From NCBI RefSeq assembly GCF_006345805.1, contig NC_043000.1, positions 116,312,001-116,376,000 of the forward strand: a DNA stretch of 64,000 bases, written 5' to 3'. Position numbers and translations under genes: made by a program. The stretch's first letter is position 1. Every line of letters starts with the position of its first letter. The notes beneath the pieces were generated by a model that was given only the letters and a program-made list of their open reading frames with translations, did no database searches and was not told the origin of the DNA. Positions 52,744 through 64,000 of the stretch are shown here, piece by piece. This stretch comes from Octopus sinensis. Taxonomy: Eukaryota.

Positions 52744-52863
52744 AGACAGAGATAAACATACATATAATCGGGAAAGGATTTATTTGTTTTTGTTTTACGA
52801 AAAGCTTGGTGGAAAATGACAACAATCTTATAGAACTACCCTTGATGAAAATGATTCTGTTAC

Positions 52864-52957
52864 CAATGCGATTAGATTCAGTTGATATGGATTCTACACA
52901 AAGAAGAACCAAACACAGAGCTCCATAATTCCTGCCCTCGTTATGAAGCCACCTATC
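52864..52957 (-). CDS. 94-nt candidate exon (DRWLHNEGRNYGALCLVLLCVESISTESNRI), phase 0->1
   Basis: Acceptor tattatttttcag|, open phase-0 frame, donor TTG|GTAACA. Phases fit 57986 and 32139. Confidence 0.5.
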
Positions 52958-54463
52958 CTGAAAAATAATATATAAATATACGCGATTGTAAAAGGTTATA
53001 CGTTCACTGGAAACCTAACCGATTAGACATGAAGACAAATACTTTTCAGCGTATGAACTGTGATCTATTAAATTTTAATGTATTGCATTATTTTGAATAT
53101 GCTGCTGTACTCAACAGTTACATATAAATATTAGGGGACATATAAATAGCTAAAAACTGTCCACAGTTGCTAGGATACAGAAGCTACAGTTTCGCTTTAA
53201 TGTTTTCATAGAACATTCGATAACCTACGTATAAATAAACAATACATATTGAACATCTGTAACCAGATTAACGCTGACTATAAAGTTATCGACAATCAAC
53301 AGCTTATAACTTGATGTGACTATCACAAACTACACGTGTTTGTTATCTTATGAGTCTATGTTTATTTAACCGTTTTTGTGCTGTCTGGAGTTTAAAATAT
53401 ATTTCAGTTTGTTTACTTTTAAACTATATTTATTAATGCTGAAATAAATTTTCTTCCTCAAGTATGCATTGTTGAGTGGTTTAGTACCATCAGATTTTTG
53501 TCTCTAACTGTGAAACTTTTACTTTTATCCTCGTTTCTTTTAATACTTTAATTAAGTATTTTCCTCGAAAATATGTTCTGCCTCCGGGTCGTTTCCATTT
53601 CTTTTATTTTTTGTTTACTAATTCCGTCATGAACATTTTACATATATTCACGCACTTTCTAAATACGATAATATTTACGTGAATATCTTTTTATGTATAC
53701 CAATTTTTTGGTGTATGTCATTTTCATGATTTTCTTGGATTTTCACAGGAAATAATTATATCTACAACTTTATTTTTTCAGCACAGAATGTTTTTGGCAA
53801 ATGCTGAGTTCTTACGTAAGAGGAAATGATGAAGTAAAACTTTCATATTTGTAACAAAAGCAGTGAATGATAATGTTGTTCCCAACATTGAGAAATTATT
53901 TTTTAGTTGATAAGAATGTCTTGTTTTTTAGTTGATAAGAATGTCTAGGCGATTAAACACATCCTTTTAGAATATTGGTAACTACTTTATCGATTTTTCG
54001 AGACCCTCAGTGAGAAACAAAAACAGTCTAAGTTGTACTCTGTAATCACACCACTTAAATTCGATTCGTACACATAGCCAATTCTGTCCATAATTTCTCG
54101 TTTCTTTCTTGGATTTCTGTAATAAGTATTTCTAGTTACTCTCATTGAAACACTATTTATATGTCAAGTCTTGTACTCAGCTTATAGCTCCAAGCATTCG
54201 AAGCTACACCGCAATCAAAATTCCTGCACTAGGGACAGTATATCTCATTAAAATTCTCTTTGAAGCTATTGTATTTTGAAACATCAAGGGATATATAATT
54301 TGCGTCACTTTCGTAATTCTCTCACTTCGACCATGAGAGACAGAGATAGAGAGATAGGCAAACGAAGAAACAACGGAAAAGAAAAGCGAAGGACCAAAAG
54401 ACAAATGTATTAAAACAAATAACAGGGGAAAAGATACAAACAAAATATGCGAGAGAGATAGAG

Positions 54464-54501
<38 letters not shown>

Positions 54502-55336
54502 GGGGGAGTAAAATATCGAAAAACAGAAGAAAAGATTGGAGAATAAAGTGATAGATTAACTGCTATAATATGGAAATTGAAAAACCAACAAGAACAGAAG
54601 CGTTAAACAAAGAAAAGTTGGAAAGAAAGAAGGAAAAGATACAAATAAAGTAAGTGTAAGGGAGAGAAGAGACAGGAAAGAACAGGAAGTTAAACTTGAC
54701 CGATTATTCTGCAGTGATTTAAACTCCATTGCCTTATAGTTGAAATCTTCAATAATTAATGAAATTTGCAAACCATATGTTAATAAAAATACTTTACAAT
54801 TGGAATTTTTTAGAATATCCTAGACAGTGTAGACTTTGATTATTGTTGACTTTAATAAAAGTTGCCTAATCATAACTAATTAACAAAAGCTTTCTGTAAA
54901 GAAAACAAAAATCTCAGACGTTGGAAAAAGTTGTAAATTATTAGAAAACTAAAATACAAATTTAGATAAAGCAATGTATCGCTCCAGAAGTATAACTTTT
55001 CAAAGTTTATAACCTATTATATTACAAGCGCACACTATGTAAAAAAACTATTTGGAAAATGTGACTTGACATTCGCATTATTTAATTTTCTCCGAGTACT
55101 TTTGCGTAATTTTCATTGAAAATGAAATGAAGCTGAACAAAGAAATTAAAACTTGGATTGAAATTTTGTAAAAAAACTAAAATTTGATTGAAAATTTAAA
55201 ATATTCCTCCCAACGTAAAAATAATTATATTACGATTTAAGAGCTTCACTAATAGAGGTAGCGGAAATACTGTCTGCATAAATTGAAATTTCACCAAATT
55301 GATGGTGGGAACGACGACGACAAAAGCAGCAAGGTG

Positions 55337-55515
55337 TGGAGGCGCAATGGCCCAGTGGTAGGAAAGCGGACTCGCGGTCGTAAGAACGCGGTTTCGATTT
55401 CCAGACCGGGCATTGTGCGTGTTTATTGAGCCTAAGCTCCACGATGCTCCGGCCGGTGGAAGGCGGAGAACCTCGCTGTACTCTTTCACCACAAGTTCTC
55501 TCACTCTTCCTATTT
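55337..55515 (+). mobile_element. SINE C, 3'-truncated
   Basis: Head and body only. Confidence 0.82.
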
Positions 55516-56573
55516 CTGCCACAAAGCAGAGGAACAATGGTGTAACCCACTATGGTGTGGTAAATTTTCAGACTGTAGTCTAGATTGCGAATCCTCTGTA
55601 CCCCAGGATGGTTCAGCTCTCCACACGTTAAAAGCCACCGTTTACGGAATGAGTATAACAACGTAGCTTTCGCGTCCGTGCAACCGCCAGTCTATCGCGT
55701 GTGGTGGGTGGATCTTCAAGTTGCCACACGCATTCTTAGTAGCTTAGAGTAGGCTCGAATTAGAGATTATTTTTTGTGGCTAAGTATTTATATTTAAGTC
55801 TCGTACTTATTCTGTCGAAATCCTATGTGGAAATGCTATCTTATGTGGACATAAATAAAGCAAAACAAGTTGTCATTTGGTGGTGGAGGACAAACACAGA
55901 CAGAAAGACACACACACATATACACACATGCTCACGCATACACATGCACACACGCACATACAGACCCACAGACTGACAAACGGACACAAAAGTACACACA
56001 CATGCTCATATACATAATGTTAGTTAAGTGTTTTGGGGGTAGATTACGAATAATGACTACAAAATATAGTTCTACATGAAATTGAAATCTCTTGTCAGAA
56101 ACAGCCACATAGATGGTGTAAGGAAATTGAACTCTGCGAGTTTATTTTATTCACCAGCAATAGGAGCTATTTTTTTTCGAAGAGATAGGTTAACAAAAGC
56201 CCATTTATTTTGTCTTCCCACATAGCTTGCAAATAAACTAACAGCGAATGCCGTATAAAGTTAAATTTGTATGGAGCTTTCTGGAAGATATGTATAGATT
56301 TCACTAGTGGAAGCAAAACTCTTACTTAAAGGTTGATTCTTTGGGACGAATCATATGTGATTGCTTAAGAAAGGCTAGAACGACAAAGATAAAACGTATT
56401 TGAAACAATGGAGAACAGTCGAAATATCATAATGGATGGGTAAATAATAATCCTTAAAGTGAAACAACGCACTAGTAGGTAAACAAAGCTATCAACAAAT
56501 AGAAGAGAGGGAAGATATCATCATCTTTCAAGTAACTTAGAACAGGTAAAAGTTAGCTTGCCAAAGTTCGTCA

Positions 56574-57052
56574 CAGGTGGACAATTGAAATAAATAAATA
56601 GACAAAATCCCTTAACTTTTATAAAAATGTTAAAAAGGTATGGAAGAGCCTACATGCAAAAAGACTATATTTATGTGGGAGTTCTGGGCAAAATATCATA
56701 GTGCATGACCATCCTTGGGACATTAGTAATGTGCGTGTTTAGTTTGGTAAAAATCAGTTGAGAATTGTGGGAATGTATGTGTTCAGTGTTCTTAATCAAT
56801 TTAATCACCGTCGCAGGTGGACAGACGAAATAAAAAGACAGAATCCTTTTGCGTTTATAAAAATATTTAAGAAGTATAGAGACCTTACATACAAAAATAC
56901 TATGTCCATTTACGTTCATTTACGTGAAAGCTCTGGGCAAAATGGGTCATATGTCATGTGTGTTTAAAGTTTGGTGAAAATCGGTTGACAATTGTGGAAA
57001 TATATACGTTAGTCATTAAACACATACATACTGTGATTTATACATATTAGAT
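56574..57052 (-). repeat. Diverged 240-bp tandem duplicate, Helitron/HINE-like ends
   Basis: CAGGTGGACA at 56574 and 56814. Each unit has GTTTGGT(A/G)AAAATC(A/G)GTTGA..AATTGTGG. Ends ATATTAGAT. Confidence 0.45.
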
Positions 57053-57437
57053 AATTGTACAATACATTAGCAATACGGTGTAGGCAAGTGGCGGGCTAGA
57101 CTCGAAAATCATTTAGAGGCAGGAAGAAGGAAATCACGCTACACCTACTTGTACATGAGAAGTCACGACCCAAAAAAAAAGCAAAGACGCAACGAGAAAA
57201 TGATGTAAAAAACGGAAGCGTGCATGTTACGTTTCCTTGTTTGTCATGATTATTCTTGTGCCAGTGTTCTCATTTGCAGATTGAATAGACCATCTGCTGA
57301 GGGCCTGAATATTGCTTGAGGACTATTAGCAGCTTGTAACTTTATAATGTGTACCTTAAATTATATCTATTGCTCACTGAATGGAATACCTTTTTCCTAT
57401 GAACTTACCTTAAGGGAACACTACTATATATATATAT

Positions 57438-57477
<40 letters not shown>

Positions 57478-57985
57478 TATATATGATAGAGTGAATATGA
57501 ATTCTGTACTGTTGTGTGAAAAAGTTAAAAGCTGAATTCAATTTTTATATTCAATTCCTCTGAAGAAAATGGTTAGATTTACATGTTGTTCACCAATAAA
57601 AACACATCTGAAAGCCCATTTGTTTTATTTTATATATATGTATATATATATATAGATATATATAGATATATGTGTGTGTGTGTGCGTGCGTGTATGTGTG
57701 TGTATGCGTATCATGTGTATGTAGTGGTGTATAGTAGTGTATACATTTTATATATCAATATCCTTTGAAATTTATTGACAACGTGGTTGCAAAAGCAAAA
57801 CGATTGAGCATCAAAGAAAAAACATTTCGTATGACCACACTCATGATCCTGACATGAGAAATATATTCATCTCCGTCAAAACAAATCTAGCTATCCTATG
57901 TCGAAACCCAGAAATGAGACGGACAATCAAATGGAATTGAATAATTGAGAAGAAACTTGAAAAAAGATATCTAGAGAAACATCAC

Positions 57986-58207
57986 ATAAGGGTAGAATTG
58001 ATGCCAGGGCAGAACTCTAAATTTTTCCATCAATTTTCGACATATTCTCTGGCGTAAATTCAACACCTGTGAGATGTTCCTCTGGACATTTTGTTTGAAG
58101 CTCTCTTCATTATTCAGGTCCGTTTGATTATATCTCTCATTCAAACAATTAGGAACTGGAGCCAAAGCATATGTGGAATCTGATTCTCTTTCCAAATGAA
58201 ATATGAA
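57986..58207 (-). CDS. 222-nt candidate exon (FIFHLERESDST...FRVLPWHQFYPY), phase 0->0
   Basis: Acceptor atttcctgttttgcag|, 74 open codons of non-repetitive sequence, donor TAT|GTGATG (or the earlier CAG|GTGTTG). Confidence 0.55.
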
Positions 58208-60832
58208 CTGCAAAACAGGAAATCGATTCTATTGTATACACTTCCTCACCTCCAAAGAAAATTACGTTGTAACTCCAATTGTAAATGAGCAAGAACACAT
58301 AAGCAGCAGATTACACAAGCAAAATTACGGGGCTGGCTTCCCACTGTGCGAAACCAAAACAAAAAAGAAGGAAAAGAGAAATAATTTGAGATTTTCACAT
58401 TCCATAAATCTTCAAAGGATTATTCAAACAAACGAAAAAAGTGATAAAACATTTGGTTAAAAAAACTTTAAGTGATGCGTATAACAACTCGATCGAAGCA
58501 CAGAAAATATTACTTAAAAATGACAGTCCCAAATGAACCAAATCAACTAACCACCGCATATTAATGTTGATATTCTTACTTTTGTCACTACAATAAATTA
58601 TTGAAAAAAAATTAAACAAAACCACGCACCCATACAAAAGCACACGGACACAAACGCACAAATGCACCATTAAACATAGAAGTGTATTAAAAAATCACAT
58701 CACATTCCTAGAGCAAAAACTAATCAACCGTTTAATGACTTCCCCGAATGAAATCAACAGTGTATTAAAACTAATAAACAGTCAGACATTACTGGACAGA
58801 CCAGTCATCAGCCAACCAATCAGAATATTTTGTTCATTGTCTCATTCTTGAATGCATATCTGGCATTTCTCCATAATCACTGAAATCAATAAACAGCTTG
58901 TCTTTTTGGACAAATATGCCACCAGAACTACTTAAAAGACAACCAATCCAAAATTCACTTATTGCTTATTTTAGTGTGTGTATTTAATCTTTGACAAAAT
59001 ATTAGGTATATTTCGTATTTAGTAGAAATATGAGAATGGTCAAGAAAGTAAACCTTAGAAATATAACGCGTCAGTAAATTTCAAGACGTCCCTGTATATT
59101 TTAACCCTTTAAAGTTGATAAAATATTTAGCAAATAAGCAATGTTATCTGAAAATCGATACCCTATCCGTAGGGCGCACCTCTCACATTTGCTTATTTCC
59201 TGTAAATCATTGTTATATATTATCACAAATATTGATCCCTTTATATAAAACTCTACATAAGGCATTGGAATATATATTCACCACATCTGCTATTTTTCAC
59301 ACAATTTTCTGAAATATTAAATAGGAGGAAATTCATTTAAAGCATCTAACACAAGAGTAAGATTGTTCTCCCACAGAAACTTTATTATATTCCAAAAGGA
59401 CTCTATTTGAAAAAAACGTTATCTGGCGTCTGACGACTACGATTCAGTCAATGTGGGAATAAAGAATAGTTTCATCTTATTTTTATTATTCTTATGTAAT
59501 TTTAAATTTGAATGACTTTGTAGAATTGCGGAATGAATATGTGAATAGAAATGAAATCAAATAGAAATGAAATAATTTTTAATAATTTAAATTTATGTGT
59601 TGTTGAGTTTTTTTATTATTTTTTTGTAGTTTCAGTCATAGCTGTGGCCATGCTGGAGCATCGCCGTTTTGCTACACTTTTATTACCGAAATCTTCCTTT
59701 AACATATCACACTTGGTGTAGAATGGAGTTTGATATAGCTACCCCCATTTTCACCTCTTGCCGTGAGGTAGATTAATCTCGACAAGAAGAAGTCCAGCCT
59801 TGGTTGTCAGGCGATGAAGTGGTGATAAACACACAAACACATGGGAGCGACTAGCTAATACGCTATATGCATGTCACGCTTCTAGTTCTTATCAATGACG
59901 TGTGTATCACCGTCAAATGCTTATACAGGATTTATCGTTTCATATATATATAGAAAATAATTAATCATACACTCACTAATATTCCAAAACGGATACACAC
60001 CAGTCCAGATAAAGCCACATTAACTTAAAATATGCATTTGTTGCTGACAGGCAAATTACTGCGATTTTCTCTAAAAGCAATTCTATACGAAATAAAATCT
60101 GTTATAGACGTGCTATGTTAAAACACAATATATCAGAGGAACTGTACACTTAATATGATTCCTTTAGATATTTCCATCAGATTTAGCCGCCTTTCACAGA
60201 TTTATTCTCCGCCATATTCTTTTCATATCTTATCACGGTTTATTTATTTATTTATTTTCACATTGATCTGTGTTATAAGCATTTCATCATTGAAGAATAT
60301 TTTTGGTATAGTCAATAAAGGATCGTAGCAGCTTCTATAAACGGTTGGAATAGTTTAATGTATGTTTTTTTTCTGTTCGATGGTTGTTTTTGAATGTTCA
60401 TCTTCTATACTTGATCATATTTGATTCATAATGCATTTTACGTGTATTTTTAACAGGTGTAGTGTCTTTTGAAATTGGTAGGTTTCATTCGAATTTTTAT
60501 TGTCATATGGATTAGTTTGTCATTGTTTTTTTAATACTCGTAGACGATTAGTATCCGTTTTATTCTGGGAATTTTCTTATCTCTTCTTTTGTTTGTGGAA
60601 ACGATTATTCACCTTCTTAGTGTCAGATTAAAAATTTACTATTATAAAAATGACGAACAAAAAAATCTCTTATCACTAATACATCTCAAGCTTTTATACA
60701 CTTGAACAACAAGGTATTAATTACTAATTTGATTTATACATCCGGTGTCAAAACTGAAAGCTGTAGTCATGAAAACTTCTAATGATAGATTGGTTATGTA
60801 ATTAAGTTACTCACTGCCTCCTTTGAACTTAC

Positions 60833-60913
60833 AAGCAGACAATGTAATGCTGTACACAAAATAAAACAAACTGAACAAGATACGAAAACACTAGCGAACA
60901 ACAAAACCACATT
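60833..60913 (-). CDS. Possible upstream exon (NVVLLFASVF...ALHCLL), may be UTR
   Basis: T-rich tract plus atcttacag|, donor CTT|GTAAGT in phase 0. A second donor GCA|GTGAGT lies 15 nt further on. Confidence 0.2.
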
Positions 60914-61368
60914 CTGTAAGATTCCATGCCAAAATAAAAAAAAAGATAAATGATAGGCGCAAAGTTGATAACATGGCACATTGCTAACATCAGTAGGTGT
61001 GTAATTGACTTCAGCCACAAACGAAAATATGTATCTGATTGATGACGCATTAGAGATAATAAAAACGATAAAATGTCGGTGTGAACGAAAGACTCCAATG
61101 CAACCACAACCACGACAAATGTGAAGGAGTAACACACAGCAACATCACTTGATATTAAGAATAATATGATGAAGGCCTTGAACGAATGATAATTTATTCA
61201 AGAATGATGAAGTACTAAACACAAGGTCTGGAAATAGTACGCTAAAATGGAAAACGTCTCATTAAAACTATATAACTAGATAACCGTTAATTCGAGAGAT
61301 ATCTACAGCAAAAGTTATTCTCTCTGAATTCTCTCTTTCACACACACACATACACATACACACACACA

Positions 61369-61399
<31 letters not shown>

Positions 61400-61667
61400 C
61401 ACAAGAGCTCACATATATATATAATTCTAAATTGAAATTTGTTGTTACTCTTCAGTTGCAAGCGTGATGATAGTCGTCAGACATTTTGAATGTGAATTTG
61501 AATGGCATTATACTTGAAACTCAAGAGTAACAACCCATCTAACTTTCAATAAATTTGTTGAGTGGCCATCTTTCCTTTGTCCACTTATTTGTCTATATAT
61601 ATATAGTATGTATGTATGTATGTATGTATGTATATAGGGACAAACTCGCCTGTTATATTCAATTCTC

Positions 61668-61710
<43 letters not shown>

Positions 61711-61997
61711 TGGAGGCGCAATGGCCTAGTGGTTAGGGCAGCGGACTCGCGGTCGGAGGATCGCGGTTTCGATTACCAGACCGGGCGTTGTGAGTGTTTA
61801 TTGAGCGAAAACACCTAAAAGCTCCACGATGCTCCGGCAGGGGGGGTGATCCCTGCTGTACTCTTTCACCAATCTTTCTCTCACTCTTCTGTTGGCCTGC
61901 TCGCTTAGCCAGCGGGGTGGCGTCATTCGAAGGCAAAAACAATGCGAACGCATTGTGACCAGCGATGTGTAAAACATCTGATGGTCTGGTCGGTCAC
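61711..61997 (+). mobile_element. SINE family C, tail type 2
   Basis: Flanked by (TA)n on both sides. Confidence 0.9.
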
Positions 61998-62076
61998 CTA
62001 TATATAGATAGATATATACATCACTTTTCTCCTCTCTCTCCTCTCTCCGTCTCTCTCCTCTTTCTCTGGACTCTGC

Positions 62077-62135
<59 letters not shown>

Positions 62136-62578
62136 CGGTTAAGTAATTGAGATTCTAGTGAATTCTAAAGAATTCACATGAATATGGTCCTTAACTAGGA
62201 TGCACCGGAAATATATATGGTGTTAACCATACGACAAGTGGGGTGATTACAAATAGGAAAAAAGCAACAAGAATGGATTAAAATCTCGGTACGATCGTTT
62301 CGTACGAGGACATCTTTAATAAGCTACAAAAATTGCAGTGAATACAGATGGCTCGAATTCGTCAGCCGAAAAAACATCAGAGAATTCCCAAACATCAAAA
62401 GAGGTAGATACAAAAGAGGTTGTAAGATTAGCTGCATTGAAGAAAGTTAGATTCATGGAGATCCGATGAAAGGTTTTAAACCTATAGAATTTATGCATGT
62501 CTACATATAGCTCATATTGAATATTTGATCAAGTTGTGTGAAGAAATTTTCGGATACAGTCATGCAAAATTTCTGAAA

Positions 62579-62639
62579 ATCCGAGTAGGAGACAAAGTGA
62601 CTGCCATATCATGGCAGTCACTTTGCCTCCTACTCGGAT
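62579..62639. repeat. 29-bp-arm hairpin with 3-nt loop and one mismatch
   Basis: ATCCGAGTAGGAGACAAAGTGACTGCCAT-ATC-ATGGCAGTCACTTTGCCTCCTACTCGGAT. Confidence 0.9.
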
Positions 62640-64000
62640 AGCTTAGTAAGGAACCGGGATCAATAAAACTGCCCGTAAGTTAAACCAAGGAATGTGTATT
62701 CAACAAAATCATACATGCAATAAAATTAATTATTATTCCTAACGTTACCATTACTATTTATTTAGAGTCCGTAATTAGTATATGCGCTAATACATTCACT
62801 AATTATTTTCGCAGTTTTTCTTTTGGCGCGATCGGAAGACTATCCCCAATTTTTGGCATGACTTGTCTTTACTTTGAAACAATATTTCCTTTCCTCCAGT
62901 AGTTTCCAACGTTTATAAGAATCAATTATGGCCTGTCTTAGTCAATGACCAATCCATGTCTTGTGAAAGTTTAGACATAGAAACATTACAATACACTATG
63001 AGATGCCTCAGAGATTAGGAAAACGCAAAGCTCAAGTAATATTGTACGGGTTCCGCGAAAATTTAATATAATAATGTCAACGACTCTTTGTGAATTCTAT
63101 AGTTTTTCTCTTATTTGTTTTATATATATAAACATTACACATACACATACACAGCCATGCACACATACATATACGTATGTATGTATATGTGCATGTATAC
63201 GTTATGTATATATATATGTTTATATGGGTATATATGTATATATATATATATATATATACATGTATATATTGTATATGTATATATATACATGCATATATAT
63301 GTATATGTATATATATATGTATATATATACATGCATATATATGTATATATATACATATATATATGTATATGTATATATGTTTCTATATGTATATATATGC
63401 ACATATATTATACATATTTATACATGTATATGTATATATACATGTATATATATGTATATATATGTATATATACATGCATATATATATATATATGTATATA
63501 TATGTATATGTGTTTATATGTGTATATATCTGTTTATATGTATATATATATGTAATATATATATGTATATATACATGTATATATTGTATATGTATATATA
63601 TACATGCATATATATGTATATGTATATATATATGTATATATATACATGCATATATATGTATATATATACATATATATATGTATATGTATATATGTTTCTA
63701 TATGTATATATATGCACATATATTATACATATTTATACATGTATATGTATATATACATGTATATATATGTATATATATGTATATATACATGCATATATAT
63801 ATATATAATATGTATATATATATGTATATATATGTATATATATGTATATATATACATATATATATGTATATATATATATATGTATATATATATATACATA
63901 TATATGATATGTGTTTATATATATATATATAATATGTATATATATATATATGTATATGTGTTTATATGTGTATACATCTGTTTATATGTATATATATATA

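Noticed and set aside
58250-58343. Open minus-strand exon with GAG|GTGAGG donor
   Set aside because: Would leave a 42-nt intron before 58207, and its phase (2) is incompatible.
58800-58940. Protein-like SSGGIFVQKDKLFIDFSDYGEMPDMHSRMRQ*TKYSDWLADDWSV
   Set aside because: In-frame TGA and phases that fit no neighbour. Kept only as a possible decayed exon.

Overview
AT-rich, microsatellite- and SINE-dense animal genomic DNA. The repeat families and composition look like an octopus (coleoid cephalopod); this is inferred, not database-checked. The one clear long ORF is an intronless class A (rhodopsin-like) peptide GPCR of the FMRFamide-receptor-like type (33631-34977, minus strand). Reading splice signals by eye also suggests a previously unflagged multi-exon protein-coding gene on the minus strand. 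Its phase-compatible candidate exons run from about 58207 down to 6419, and I could not identify the product. If its 5' and 3' exon blocks are one gene, the GPCR is nested in one of its introns. One exon appears to be interrupted by a four-unit SINE multimer whose 12-bp target-site duplication copies an AG|G junction. The rest is repeats. There are three tRNA-headed SINE families (here called A, B and C, with swapped 3' tails) and decayed LINEs (RTE, CR1/L2, R4/Dong-type). There are also Tigger/pogo and maT-type mariner remnants, several fold-back MITEs (one with a 9-bp TSD) and Penelope-type minimal hammerhead ribozyme motifs. A 100-N assembly gap lies at 25125-25224. Nearly all other ORFs in the supplied track are microsatellite or SINE artefacts.
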